Assembly: GCA_965153285.1 (NCBI GenBank)
Contig: OZ229111.1
Source of the DNA: Podarcis tiliguerta
Lineage: Eukaryota
DNA length: 64,000 nt
Strand: one strand, 5' to 3'
Positions 13,201 to 26,200 of the stretch are shown here, one piece after another. Both the position numbers and the translations under genes were made by a program. Under the pieces are notes generated by a model. That model searched no databases. It was not told the DNA's origin and saw nothing but the letters and a program-made list of their open reading frames with translations. Each line of letters opens with the position of its first letter. The stretch's first letter is position 1.

Positions 13201-16200
13201 CTTTCTCAGCGAGTGACAGACAAACGAGCACTTGCCTCTTTGTCATATGTGGTCACATCCATTTCATCCTCGCTCTCTTCGTCCGATTCAGCTTCTTGAT
13301 ACGGTACTTCTTCAGTGATCTTCTTCCCCCGGAGGCTGTGCTCCTTGATGAGAGACTGAATCGACAGGAGCTTTGTAGGAGCTTGTAGGATCTGGAAGGT
13401 ATACAAAGTGTTGCTGTTGGCATATTCCAAAGAGCAATGGGCACATCCCAGCCAGGCAAAAGCACCTGAGGATAGCACAGGGGGATGTGGCCTAGGGAGA
13501 ATCCCAGGGCCAAGGCAGAGGCCTGCATCTGGCCCTCGCTTTCCCACCCATGTGCTACAGCCTTATGTTTAACCTAGCCAGTTTAACACATTGTCGGAAA
13601 TTCTCCTGCCCCAGTTGACATCCATGCCTGGAGGTTAATAAGCCACATCTAGCCCTCCCTAGAAGTACAATCAGCTATCTGTCCTTCCTCATACCTTGGA
13701 AAGTCTGTTTCTTCCCTGGCAAGGATTGAGATATAGCATATTCCCTAATCTTGCCCGTTTCTCCGCTCTCTTGCAGCCAACCAGCTGTGCTACATAGCAC
13801 ACCAGCACCCAAGGGTCCTTCAGAGAGGGAATTGCAGGTGCTGCTGAACTTAGCCAAAGGTTGCCAAGGTAAGGTGTGGAGAAGATACTGGAGAAGAGAG
13901 GCTGGGGTCTGGGGGCTTATTAGTTTGTTTCCATTCTTGTTTTTATTATGCATTTTGCATTTTTATGTCGTGGACTGCCTTGAGATCTACAGGCAAATTG
14001 TAGTAAACAAATGCAATAAATACAAATAAATAGGTACGTAGGTACGTTTCTGAGCACAATTCAAAGTATTGGTGTTGACCTTTAAACCCTAAACGGCCTC
14101 GACTCAGTATACCTGAAGGAGCATCTCCACCCCCATTGTTCAGCTCATACACCAAGGTCTAGCACCGAGGGCCTTCTGGCGGTTCCCTCCCAGCGAGAAG
14201 TCAGGTTACAGGGAACCAGGCAGAGGGCCTTCTTGGTAGTGGCGCCCGCCCTGTGGAATGCCCTCCCATCAGATGTCAAGGAAATAAACAATTATCTGAC
14301 TTTTAGAAGAAATCTGAAGGCAGCCCTGTTTAGGGAAGTTTTTAATGTTTGATGTTTTATCGTGTTTTTAATATTCTGTTGGGAGTTGGGGAAACCCAGC
14401 CAGATGGGTGGGGTATAAATAATAAATTAATAATAAATTATTATTAATTATTATTATCATCATTATTATTATTATTAAAGGAAAGAAAATGGGGAAACAC
14501 GTAAGAGGTGTAGGAGAGAGACTACAAGTGCAACAAGGACACTTTGGGGTACACCGGGGGGAGGGGAGGGGAGAAGAGAGAGGGGGGGGAGGGATTAGCA
14601 GTGAAACTTCAAAGGCCAGCCAACATTTATGGAACCTTGCAGGTTTCACCTTCAACAACTTGGTGTCTCACCTGACTAGCAATAGCTGAAAACTTAGCCA
14701 CGTGAAGAGTCTCATAGTACGATGAAGCGCATGGGTTGATATTAACAATCATACAGGACTGCCCACGTCCTGTGAAGAAGCCTTGGAACACGCGGGTGAG
14801 CTTGCTGTCCCGGAAAGGAACGACACTCTGCTTCAGCCTGTTAAGGGTACAGGAAGAGGATTTAAGCCCCAGAAATGGAGCAGAAAAGCAGCAACCATAG
14901 CTGGCACCCCACCTGCTGGTGGGAATCAAATTCGACAAACCCTACACACAACCAGCAACACCTCAAGTTGGAGAGGACGTCCTACAGGAAGCGCTCCTTG
15001 CTGGGTTCAAGTCAGAGCTATGAGGAGCTGTCAGACTGAGAGCTAGGAAGAGCTTTACCTGGTCTGCTGGTTCTGGCGCAGCAAAGTGAGGCAACGCCCC
15101 AACGTGTGCAAGGAGGTGTTGATGTTATTTGCCTCTTTCAGGCGGTCCCCGACTCTCTGTTCTTTGCAGCGCTCTGAGCCGGCCAGGTCACAGAGGGACA
15201 TCCTGGGCGGGAGGGAGGGTGGTGTCAGTATCAGGATACAGGAAGTCTAATCCTACCAGACCCAAGTGCTGCATTCTTCAGGTTAGAAATCCTGCACACC
15301 AGACAGGTCAACCACTGCCAGATACACCCAACTAAAACCTGTTAATTCAGCACTGTGGAAGATTTAGGTTGCTCTGCTTCAGGTAAGCAAAACGGGGGAC
15401 TAATTACAGATTTTCATTCCAGGTCTGGCACATTGCAGGGATACTGGAAAAGCCCCTGAAAGCTTTACACCGACGCATACAGTGGGCGTCTGTCTGAGAA
15501 GTGCCCATTGTGACTGGGGGGGAGGACTCTCTCCCACACACCCCATTTGCCCTTCTGAACTCCCCTACCCTTAAATGAGATTGCCCTTCAGCCAACTGAC
15601 AGGGAAACTCATAATTCTCCCCTTCGCTGCATGCAAAAACTTTGACTTACTCGCTGATTTTTGGCTCCATCCCACTGCTGCTTTCCTGGAGGTGCAGAAT
15701 GCGAATGGAGAAAATGCTGTGACTGCAAAGAGCAAAAGAGTAATGAAAACCAGTAGCTTGGGCTCAGATTGTCACCCCCATTCCCTATCTCATACACACA
15801 GGCCTGCCCTCCTACCTCCATGGGTTTTGTTTTCTTGTGCGAAAGAGATGTTTTGCCAATCCTGAGACACACACTTTCACCCCACCCCTCTGCTCATAAA
15901 TAAAATTATGGTGCTGTTACAGACCTGCGGCTAGAATGCTGGTTCAGGTGGGTGCTGGCAACGCTCTGATTTCTCCTGCCCAGTTTCAGCAGTCTCCAGG
16001 CCTCAGCAGCATCTTGAACATTGATCCAGTTCAGATCTGGGAACAGGAATATGTGGCTTCAGGCTTCACATCCCTACAAGGGATCACCCTCAGCAAGCAG
16101 ACAAGACCCTCTTCCATTACACAGCCCACGTTATCAATGCTGCCACCCACAGACTGCCAGTGGATCAAGCTATGGGAAAACCGCTGGCTGGGTAAGCTGG

Positions 16201-19092
16201 CCAGTCTCTACCTTTGACGTAGGGGTTGCCGGTCTGATCTTCGCACAGCCGCAAGGTGGGCCTCTTGCAGTTTGGGCCAAGTGTGGTCGTCTCCAGCAAG
16301 TCATAAATCTGTTCATTGTAGATCTCAAAGAAGGAGACCCAAATGGAAAACTGCACATCGTCTTGTGCCAGCACTGAGACATTATCTGGGTCAGCCCAGC
16401 GAGGCCCTGTCTCTGTCAATGAAAGCCAAACGTGTATATTGCCAGTGATTGCCACAGCTGAAATTCATCCAAAAGGCACAATGTCCCTTCCCAATGCCCT
16501 CGCCTGGCTCCCCATTAACTTTATAATTCCCCCCCCCCCCTTTAACACACAGCAGTTGCTCTGTTAAAGAAGGCCTTGATTTTAAGTTTCCTGTAAGTCC
16601 CTTCATTGTTAGCCCACTCACTCTTCTGAAGGCCTTTGCATGCCCTCACTGGTGTGAAATCAGAGAGTGGTAAAATACAAATCTTCTACTGAATGGTAAA
16701 TAAGATTTTAGCAACAGTCCAGCTTTCTGCTTTATAGTTAGTGACAGAAGACTGGCTTTGGTCATCAAGCAATGGCCAAGCCAAAAGCGATTTGAGGGAG
16801 TATTTTACAAGCCCCTCCAGAGGAAGCCCAAAGACCCTCTCCTGTAAAGCCCATCAATGAGTCCCCATAAACCACCTCAACATTGTTATAAAATTGATAT
16901 ATGGATGCTATCACTAGATATCCCCCCCTTGCTCTCTTGTGGGTTGGGTGGCCCTATCTATTTTGAGATTCCACACCTCTTGAGGTACTTCTCAGCTTTG
17001 ATCGTGACAATTAGAAAACCACCTGTCCCCAAACAGGTGGCTCAGGGCGGTAGGTACCTTCTAGTTGGCTGGTGCTTGTCAGGTTGGCAGACTGGCAGCT
17101 GTAAGAGAGGCCACCTAAGCCACTGTCAATGCTTCCGCTTGTGCCTGCTTGCAGCTGGGATGCTGTGCTGTGACTTCTATTCAGAGAAGTATACAGCTCC
17201 TCCTGTAATTCCAAAGGAAGGAAGGAAGACCACTGAGTTGCAGATCAGGGCATTTTTCTTCTTATAACAAGAGACTCGACGAGCAGGAGGGACACTCACC
17301 TCCTTCATCTTGCCGCAAAGCAGGGCCTGCTTTTTCATTTCCTCCTGTCGAACCTGCTTGCTGTCCAGCCAGATCACCTCACTCGAGAGGAAGGGCTTCA
17401 GATCCATGGCCCGGTACAACCGTGTCCCAATACTATTGAAAATGATGGCCAGGGAGCGAGGCAGGATCCCAGCATCAGCACCACTACCTGCAAGTCAAAG
17501 AAGAAGTGAGCAGACACTGAGACAAGTGCCCCCGCCGCCGCCACTAGGCAGAGGTGCTTGCCTGAGCCAGCACAGAGTGAGTGCTTCTTACCCTGGATGG
17601 TGTAAGTCTTCCCTGAATTAGTGACGCCATAGGTGTAAACAAGCCAGTTCTGCCCATGGAGCACACCCTTCACCACATCCTTCATCGTTGCATCAAAGAA
17701 AGCCGCCTGGCCCACCTCTGGCCCAAAGATCTGCAACCCCAAATGTTACAGGTTAGTCCCTTTAGAGAGCAGAGAAAGGGAACTGGGGCCTTCCAGACAT
17801 TGTTGAACTACAACTTCCATTATCCCTGACCATTGGCAGGGCTGATGGGAGTTGCAGGTCAAAATATGAGGCAGGCCACACATTCCCCCTCAGGGGGTTA
17901 GAGTTAGGAAGTCAAACAAAGAGGGGAAGGCTTGCCCCTGCTTCTCCACTTTTTCCTCAGTGGAGCCCTGCAAAATCCTTAAAAAAAAAACTGGTGTCCA
18001 TGTTGAATCCTACATAAACCCAAGACCCAAGTATGTACCTGAGTGAAGGTGAATTTGTGCACCGCCTGACCAAGCCCCCGTTCAGTGTTTCTCATGGTGA
18101 AGGAATCCTTTGGTGCTTTGAGAAGAAGGGTCTCGGAATCGTCAATACAGGCGCAGCCCTAGAGAGGACAGTTAACATTCTGCATTCAACATTATGTGCC
18201 GCAGCAGGAGCACCCCCTGATACTAGTTTAAACATTTGTGGCTTCCCCCAAAGAATTATGGGAGCTTTGTTGTTGTTTTTTCAAAAGGTGCTGAGAGTCG
18301 TTAAGAGCCCCTATTCCCTTCACAGAGCTGCAATTACCAGAATGGCTTAACAATCAATCCTTCTTTATAAGGAACTCGGGGAATTGTAGCTTGGTGAGGG
18401 GGATAGGCTGGGGCCAGACTACTCTTCCCCTTGCCAGAGAGCGAAAGGGGGCAACCTCCTGGTGTGATTATACCTCTGGATAAGGGCAGAGACCAGTGTC
18501 TATCCCCTCCCAGGAGATTGGCAAAATCAGCCCCCCTCCCCCCACGTTAGATGCTGGCCCATGCATTGCCTATAAACTCACTTTATCTTCCTGTTTATCC
18601 ATCTCGGCTGGTGTCAGGGGTCGCACTCTTGCATATACCTTCACTTTTCCATTGTCATCAGAAGCGGCCTATGGAGAAGCCACATGTGACTTTTAGGTTC
18701 ATACCTAGGAGAGGTAGGCAATACTAGCCCATTCATTTTGCTGTTTTTTAATTGTTTTGAAACCAGACCAGAGGTAGCCAATCAGGTGCTTTTCAGACGC
18801 TGTTGGTCTACAGCTCCATCTTTCCCAACCATGGGTCCTGCTGGACAGGGCTGATGGGCAGCTGCAGTCCAACCATATTAAAGAGCATCACATTGGCTAC
18901 CCCCGAAGGAGCACAAACAAGGGTTTTAGTTCTTCACCTCACTGGTCTTACCTGCTCACTGCTTGAAGAGATGGCAGAGAACTCCGCCAAGAGGTCTCGG
19001 CGCAAGCCAGCCCCACATTCTGCCACAGTGGACTCCAGCACAGGAGAAGTGACAGCTTCTTCGTCAGATAACAGCCCTACTGGGGAGGCCAT
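7276..19092 (-). CDS. KIF20A: Kinesin family member 20A (MKLP2/Rabkinesin-6), complete CDS, 18 coding exons, ~892 aa
   Basis: Exons 19092-18952, 18668-18582, 18158-18039, 17730-17592, 17487-17300, 17202-17058, 16412-16212, 16036-15925, 15722-15651, 15202-15059, 14837-14672, 13391-13236, 12713-12574, 12437-12335, 11165-10955, 8802-8711, 8510-8373 and 7599-7276 total 2679 nt in frame. Motifs: P-loop GVTNSGKT, switch I SSRSH, switch II DLAGSE, VPFRDSKLTR, ERACCHSTGAGKLR, C-terminal PFGKKH*. Confidence 0.97.
9168..9393. mobile_element. Tc1/mariner (Tigger/pogo-like) MITE
   Basis: TIRs CAGTGGTACCTCAGGTTA / TAACCTGAGGTACTACTG, flanked by TA on both sides. Confidence 0.85.
9422..10222. mobile_element. 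Tc1/mariner (Tc2-like, CCGTA-ended) non-autonomous element with internal direct repeats
   Basis: TA|CCGTAATTTTCGCTCCATAACACGCA ... TGCGTGTTATAGAGCGAAAAATACGG|TA. Ends are shared with the copies at 27851 and 55640. Confidence 0.85.
14042..14476 (+). mobile_element. 5'-truncated L2-clade LINE 3' end with (TAT)n tail
   Basis: Encodes a degenerate ORF2 C-terminus (YLKEHLHPH..GLLAVPS..QGTRQRAFLVVAPALWNALP), followed by a 3'UTR and TAT repeats. Four related copies occur in the window. Confidence 0.85.
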
Positions 19093-19814
19093 AGTGGCTA
19101 CACACTGATGCTGCAAGAGAAGCCCATCATAGGATGAGGAATAAAAAAAGAAGCATAAGTTCCACTGCCAGACTTTGCCACTGGTTTCCAGGTTCCTTGC
19201 CACTTCTAAATAAATTATAACAACACTTCCTATAACTGCAAAATGTGTGATGCCTATGATAAGGATATAATCTTGGGGTACAATACTGAAATCGTTTCCC
19301 AGCTTCGCTAGGGCCTAGCCCTGCGGGTTCTGAATTGGTCAGGTTCAAGCAAGAAACCATAGCTGGACGAATCGAGGCAAAACAGCAGCTAGGAAGCCTT
19401 GATCGCTTTATTGTTGCAGCAAGATTTCTATTCCCAAACTAAAACAATGAAGAAGCAGCCCATGATGTAAACAAAATCTGTCCTTATTCCCTTATGGGGT
19501 ACACAAGAGCCCTTATAGAGTCCTTTGTAGGTTCTCCATCGGTAGGAGAAAATAACAGAGGCCAACCAGAGAATATTGAGAAGCAAAGCAGCTAGTAAGC
19601 CAGATCTTTATTAACTGTTGCAACAGGGTGCTCCTCCACACGCAGGAGAGAGGAGGACCCAGAACAAAGGTGTGCCCAGACATTTTGAAATTCCCTGCTC
19701 TGGAGCTCAAGACCAGCCCTCCATACATCACAGAAAAGGTGATCTTTTATTTACATAAGAGCATTTTATTTATTTATATAAGAGCATCTTTCCCAGTCTG
19801 TGCACTACCTGAGG

Positions 19815-20227
19815 ATAATAATAATAACAATTTATTATTTATACCCCGCCCATCTGGCTGGGTTTCCCCAGCCACTCTGGGCGGCTTCCAAAAGAATATT
19901 AAAATACTGTGATACACCAAACATTAAAAGCTTCCCTAAACAGGGTTGCCTTCAGATGTCTTCTAAAAGTCTGGTAGTTGCTGTTCTCTTTGACATCTGG
20001 TGGGAGGGCGTTCCACAGGGAGGGCGCCACTACCGAGAAGGCCCTCTGCCTGGTTCAGTGTAACTTGGCTTCTCGCAGTGAGGGAACCGCCAGAAGGCCC
20101 TCGGTGCTGGACCTCAGTGTCCTGGCAGAACGATGGGGGTGGAGATGCTCCTTCAGGTATACTGGACCGAGGCCGTTTAGGGCTTTAAAGGTCCAATACT
20201 TTGAATTGTGCTCGGAAACGTACTGGG
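19815..20227 (-). mobile_element. 5'-truncated L2-clade LINE 3' end
   Basis: Minus strand reads FKALNGLGPVYLKEHLHPHRSARTLRSSTEGLLAVPSLREAKL; (AAT)n tail near 19815-19830 on +. Confidence 0.85.
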
Positions 20228-21034
20228 ATGTTAGAGACTGAACCTGGGACCTTCTGTATTCAACACATGTGGTCTCTACCAACCAAGGGACAGCCCTTAA
20301 GTACACTCCCAACTACATATCCTCAGAAATAAATCCACTGGGACTTAGTTCCAAGGAAGTGGGGTTAGGACTACAGCGAAAACACTGTCATGTGGGCACT
20401 TTGTTTCGTTATGGGAGTACTGTACTAGAAAGTGCATTGTTTGGCTCAGACACTATTGTAGCAGCAACGAATGTGACCTTCGTGCAAGCTTAGCTTCTTT
20501 AACCAGCTTCTGCAAAGGGTTATTTAAAAAGAACATGCCACTCGACCTAATCTGCCTTGCTTTGGGATCCACCTCTTCCTTTCCCTATGAGAGCAACTCA
20601 ATTCAGGAGACCCGCCTCAAGCCTAGCGTCTGTAACGTATCTTCCAGGTCCCATAAGATAAAGAGGAACTGGAATAAGGTGGGTAAATAAATGCCCAGAA
20701 TTACGAATACGACTGCCAACCTAGTGAAAGGGGGAGGTTTTCACGAGTACCTAAAATGAGACATGCTCAGCGCTTACATTAGGAGGGGCAGCGGGAGACT
20801 TAAATCACCCGCCGCGGCCGTTGCAGAAGTAAAGGAGCAACTCACGCCCGAGCCGCCTTCTCCCCGACACCAGTAGCAAGGATTGAGTCCAAAGCAATTC
20901 CCCCCCGCCCCCCCTCTCACCAGGCTTTCCCCCGCTCCGTGCTCTCCTCTGCCCGGCCCGCCAAGCTTTGTCCGCTCGATCGCCGGTGTCCGTACGAGCC
21001 ACAATGGAGCCCTCGAAATCCTCTTCTGCTTCTC

Positions 21035-21125
21035 CTGCTCTTTCAAACCTCGCGGTCGGCCCGCTCAGCCAATCAGGACGCGCAAAACTCAGCGGCTAAT
21101 CACCGACCCGGGGGGCGTGGCCAGC
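21035..21125 (-). promoter_or_regulatory. KIF20A CpG-island promoter with CHR (TTTGAA), CCAAT box and GC box
   Basis: CpG-rich 20770-21230. TTTGAAA on the minus strand (21047-21041) is preceded by GC-rich CCGCGAGG (CDE-like). CCAATC at 21069-21074 and GGGGGCGTGG at 21111-21120. This is the usual layout of G2/M (DREAM/MMB-FOXM1) promoters. The non-coding exon 1 donor is ambiguous (candidates near 20845, 20808, 20777). Confidence 0.75.
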
Positions 21126-21668
21126 GCGGAGCTCAACGCGAGGCTGTTTCTCATGCTGGCTCTTGTCGCATGTAGTTCAGCCTCAGTCTGGGAGGAGTGG
21201 AAGGAGGAGCGGGCGGTCTTCTCCGGTCTGGTTCTTCTCCCTCTAGTAAAACCCTTCTGGGCCACAAAATATTACCTCTGCCACCATTCCAGTGCCAATT
21301 TTTGCCACCACCCACCTCCAAATATCTCACAAAAAGTGGGGGGGGGGCTACCTTTGGCTGCAACCCCCTTACAACACAAACTCCAAGGAAAAGGAGAGGA
21401 TTACTTCACAGACAATCACAATGGAAGGTGATGGACCCTTCAGACATCGGGAATTGCTCAGGCGAGCTATATGAAACCTGCATCCTTGACTTCGAGTAAA
21501 AAAAGGGTCCTCTCCAGTCACATTTTGATTCCTAACTCAGCTTCCAAAAGACTGTTGCTTTTTTCTTGAAAAAAAAGGAAGCTCAGAATCTGGGGCCCAC
21601 TGCAGGCATGGGCCCTGCTGCAATTGCTCTAACTGCAGTGTGGATAACCTTGCCCAGATCCCTTACAC

Positions 21669-22015
21669 CAGGAATGGGGAACATTTTTTTAGTAAAAAAA
21701 AACACCCACATTATCTCAAGGGAAAACTTCCAGGAGCCATTTGCCAGTGGTGGATAGGGCTAGAGATGACAGTGCGTGGGCAAAAGGTGTTACTCTTACC
21801 TTTATATGATAGGCCGCATTCCAGCCACACAAAAGAGACATTTCTACACTCTTACGATGCCATCCTGACAAGCTAGATTAAGGACATACCAAAGCACTTG
21901 GGGAGGGATGGAGAAGTGTGGATTAGGAGGGGATATGGCATCTGAAGGATCCTTAGGGCCACAGAGAAGCTTGGAGGGCCACATTTGGCCCTGGGTCTGA
22001 GGTTCCCACCCCTGC
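21669..22015. mobile_element. hAT-like MITE
   Basis: Imperfect TIRs CAGGAATGGGGAAC ... GGTTCCCACCCCTG and a subterminal GGGCCACATTTGGCCC palindrome. Confidence 0.55.
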
Positions 22016-23204
22016 CATACATGGATTTTATCTGGTAGCAGCCCACCAGGTGCTGGGGCTCTGCAAAATAGTATATGCACCAAGCATTGCACACCCCACC
22101 CGCTGCTAGGGATGTTTCCTCTTAACCACATTTACCGTCAGTCACACACACACAGTTTCTCCCCAGCCCAACTTTAGCTTCTGCTGCATTATGCTCAAAC
22201 TCTGTGGGACAGAGAAGAGGCAGAGTCTAACAGTTTCCTGGTACTTTGCAAAGCCGCTGTCATTATATCTGGACTTGTCATAAAGGTGATCCTGTTTTTA
22301 CAGGTATAATTGAAGCGAAGCGTGCTGTGGTATTTGTTTTCCCCTTTTCTTTCCTCGTGGTCATTATCTACTCCTCTCCTTTTATATCAGGCATTCACAA
22401 ATAATTTATCATTATTGGTGGAGAACTCCCAATATCCTTTATGCCCTTCCCAAATTAGGCCAAGCCTAGTGATAACTACTTGGTAACTGGTAAAGGTGAG
22501 TACAATGGATGCAACTTCAGAGAGTAGTGTTCTGTTAGGGAGGCATGAACAGAATTAATCTGTGCCAGTGTTGAAACCAACAAAGCTACCTTGCTTGGGT
22601 ACTAACAGTGGCATCATGTAGGGTTTTGGGGGTTTTTTTGCCTCCAAAATAATGTTTGCAGATAACTGCATGCTCTTTCAGTTTTAGAATTTTCTAAAAA
22701 GGAAGCCAACACAGATTTTTAAAAAATCCTTCGAAATCTAGAACAGAACTGTTCTGGAACGGTAATACACAACATAACATTTATTTTCTGGAAATGTACG
22801 TTCTACAGCCCCTTGTTGGTGCCTGCTACCAAAAACGGGGCTTAGCTTTGGGGGACAACAAGTCTTGCCTGTGCTATGGCTTGTAGGTTCTTTAACTTTC
22901 TTCTTCATCCACTAAACTTCAACTGAGATTCCTGGGTGAGGACAAGACAGCACGGTTCCAGGAATAAACAACAGAAAAAAACATGGTATCTGTAGTCTAA
23001 AAACTGACTTCTCAAATACATATAAACCTGTTATGACTAATACTTTGGGACATATAATAGATAACAAAAGCTCTAAGGGAAGTGGAGGGGCATCAGACTG
23101 CTGAACTGTGGTTATCTCAACAACTTTTCCGTAGAGCCAGACTGAAGGTAGCAAGGTTGAAATCCAGCTTCTCGGCCCTGGACTAGCCTGATTCTTCTGG
23201 CTCC

Positions 23205-26200
23205 TCAACATCTATAAATTGAAAGAAAGACAGTAAATCTCTCAGTTCCCTAAGGATTTATCATGTTCCAGAATAGCCTGTATCTATGCCTACATAAACC
23301 TCATTATGAAGGGCCACAGAAAGTACCAGGTTCAATCCCTGGCATCTCCAGGCAGGGCTGGGAGACCCGTCTGACATCTTGGAGGGCCTAGCATAGACAA
23401 TGCTAAGCTAGACAGACCAATGGTCTGACTTGATATAAGGCAGTTTCCTATGTTCCTGCTTAGGGAGCCAAGTGAATTTTTAATCATCTATATGCCTTGC
23501 ATATAGAAGGGACGCGGGTGGCGCTGTGGGTTAAAACACAGAGCCTAGGACTTGCCGATCAGAAGGTCGGCGGTTCGAATCCCTGTGACAGGGTGAGCTC
23601 CTGTTGCTCAGTCCCAACTTCTGCCAACCTAGCAGTTCGAAAGCACATCAAAAGTGCCAGTAGATAAATAGGTACCATTCCAGTGGGAAGGTAAATGGTG
23701 TTTCCATGTGCTGCTCTGGTTTGCCAGAAGCAGCTTAGTCATGCTGGCCACATGCTGTATGCTGGCTCCCTTGGCCAATAAAACGAGATGAGCGCCGCAA
23801 CCCCAGAGTTGGTCACGACTGGAACTAATGGTCAGGGGTCTCCTTTACCTTTACCTTTACGCCTTGCAGGTTGGCAGAAAATTCTACTCATTATTGGGAA
23901 ATCTAAGGAAGAGGCTTTCACCTTGAGATGAATAGCACTCATGTTTGGGAGACACAAGCAGAGATGCCATACATCCTGTGAATGGTTGGATTTCTACTCA
24001 TTTGTTCCCTACAGGTATGGGAACATGGCAAAGGGGAGGCTGATGTGGTTGTTCCCCTTTGAACACAATCCTCTCACCTTCTCACAAAGCCCTGCATTTC
24101 TTCCGAGCACAGGAGTGCCTCGCCCAGCATCTGAAGCTGCTCCAGGACTTCTCGTTGCATCTCCAGAGCAATGCGATGTATATGGTGGTTGGAGTTATTG
24201 TACATGATGGCATTCTGGAACATCAGCATGAGATCCCGCTGGAACTGCACCATATTCTGAATGCGGCCCTTGGAGAGGCTTCTCTTTATGGAGGAAAGAT
24301 CAGCTGGCCTTCAGAAAGGAGGGAGAAGCGAGTTGCAATTGTCTGTCATTTTGGCCAACTTCTTAAGAAAAAAAATACATTGTCTCTCGGAGAAGGATTT
24401 GGGTGGTTATAGATTGGAAACTGGCAGAATTTTAACTTGGTAGCCTAGATAGCTCTCAGAGGAAATATCCAATCCTTAGAGTAAGAATTTCTGTTCCTCC
24501 ATCAGTGGATGGTGGCAGTTACTGGCTTGTGTTGTACCGTGGATTTAATCTTCAAACATACTTTTCTTTGGTTGAAATCAGCCCCTTCCCTCAATTTGGA
24601 TCAGGTCTGTGATGATTCTGGGGGTGGGTTTAACCCTTCACATACCCATACTGCTTCTTAATACATAAATCACACACTGAAGCTGCTATTATCTACAGAG
24701 TGGGTAGGTAGGAAGATGGGTACAATACAGGCGACTGTCTTTTCTCATCTAAATAATAGCCTCTGGGGGAGTGATTCATGTTAAGGGAATCTACCCCAGT
24801 ACTAAAGTCCCAATCCCAATCCCATCCTCTACCTCACTGCTTTTCAATCAATAATAATTATTGGGTGGGTAAGGGGAGGGAATGGGAGACTGACTCATGA
24901 ACCTCATCAATCCCACCATTGCATCCAGGCAGGCTTCTCCTGATCCAGAGGTTATGGAGAAATAGAGCTGAGTGTCATAAGTATACTGATGGCATCTGGC
25001 TCCAAAATGCCTAATGACTGCTTCCCAACAGCTTCATATAGGTATTCAATGGCATAGGGGATAAAATAGTGCCTGGCAGCATCCCATAATTTAACCACCA
25101 AAGGGGCCAAAAAGTACTCTCTCAATGCAGGTAGGACTGGAACCCCCCGTTTCTCATTCCATGGAGCCAGTCCAAGAGGCTACATGCACAATGGTATCAA
25201 ACGCAGCTGAGAGGCAGAAAAGCAGGAATAAAGCTGCATTACCCTTGCCCTGCTCACTGTAAAGGTGGCCAAGGATGACTCGGTCCCATAGCCAAGCCTG
25301 AATCCAGATTGGAATGGGTTTAAATGCTCTGTGTCGTCCAAGAATGCTTGCAGCTGCCCTGCCACTACTCTCTCCACCACCAAGAAATTGGTAGCTGCAA
25401 CTGGATGGTAGTTATTCCAGTCTGAAGGGCCCAGAGCCAGTTTCTTGAAGAGTGTTCACACCACCATCTCTTTCAAGGCAGCTGGAACCACCCCATCACA
25501 CAATAAAATGTTCTCCACGCCTTGGACCCAAGGAATCAAACCCCCTCTGGTAGATTTAAGAAGCTAGGAGGGACAGAGATGAAGAGGGCATGTGGGCAGA
25601 CGTATTGCCACCAGCATCTTATCCATATCAACTTGACTGCATAAGCTGAAACTGATCCCGTAACATTATCATAGACTCTGGCACTGGACAATTCGGCTGG
25701 AACTGCAACCATGGCAGTTGTTGTGACTTGTAGCCACTCCACAGCCTTATTCTCCGTACCAGCTCTCCCTCCACTTTCTCAGCTGACCTTTTCACCACAT
25801 CTTTGTAACCAGGAGCCTGCTTCTCGGAAACGGGCTTCAGAAAGGGGCCGCTGTATCTAAGGGGGAGACAGAGATGAAGAGAGCTAAATAGGCTTCCCCA
25901 TGTGCATTACACAACCCCTTGACTCACCACCGGACTTCATGCCACACCCTTTTCTGTATCTCAGAATGACTGGTGGGGATGACAGGGATTGGCAGATGGA
26001 AGTCAATCAGCTAAGAAATCACAATATAATAAGTAGAAAGGAAGGGTGAAATGCTCAGGGTAGAACCATGCACAGGTTTGTGCTGTACAGGGGGCAGCTC
26101 TGAATGCTGTGTATGCATAATGTCGGACCAAGAGAATCAGGCCAGGATGGGCTGAGAAAAAGGGACACATTCAGCTGTTGTTCCATCTTCCAATTCTAAT

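Noticed and set aside
20774-21499. Several ORFs up to 182 aa at the KIF20A 5' end
   Set aside because: They arise from a GC-rich CpG island with few stop codons; no recognisable protein.
23509-23585. tRNA-like A and B boxes
   Set aside because: This is the head of a SINE, not a tRNA gene.
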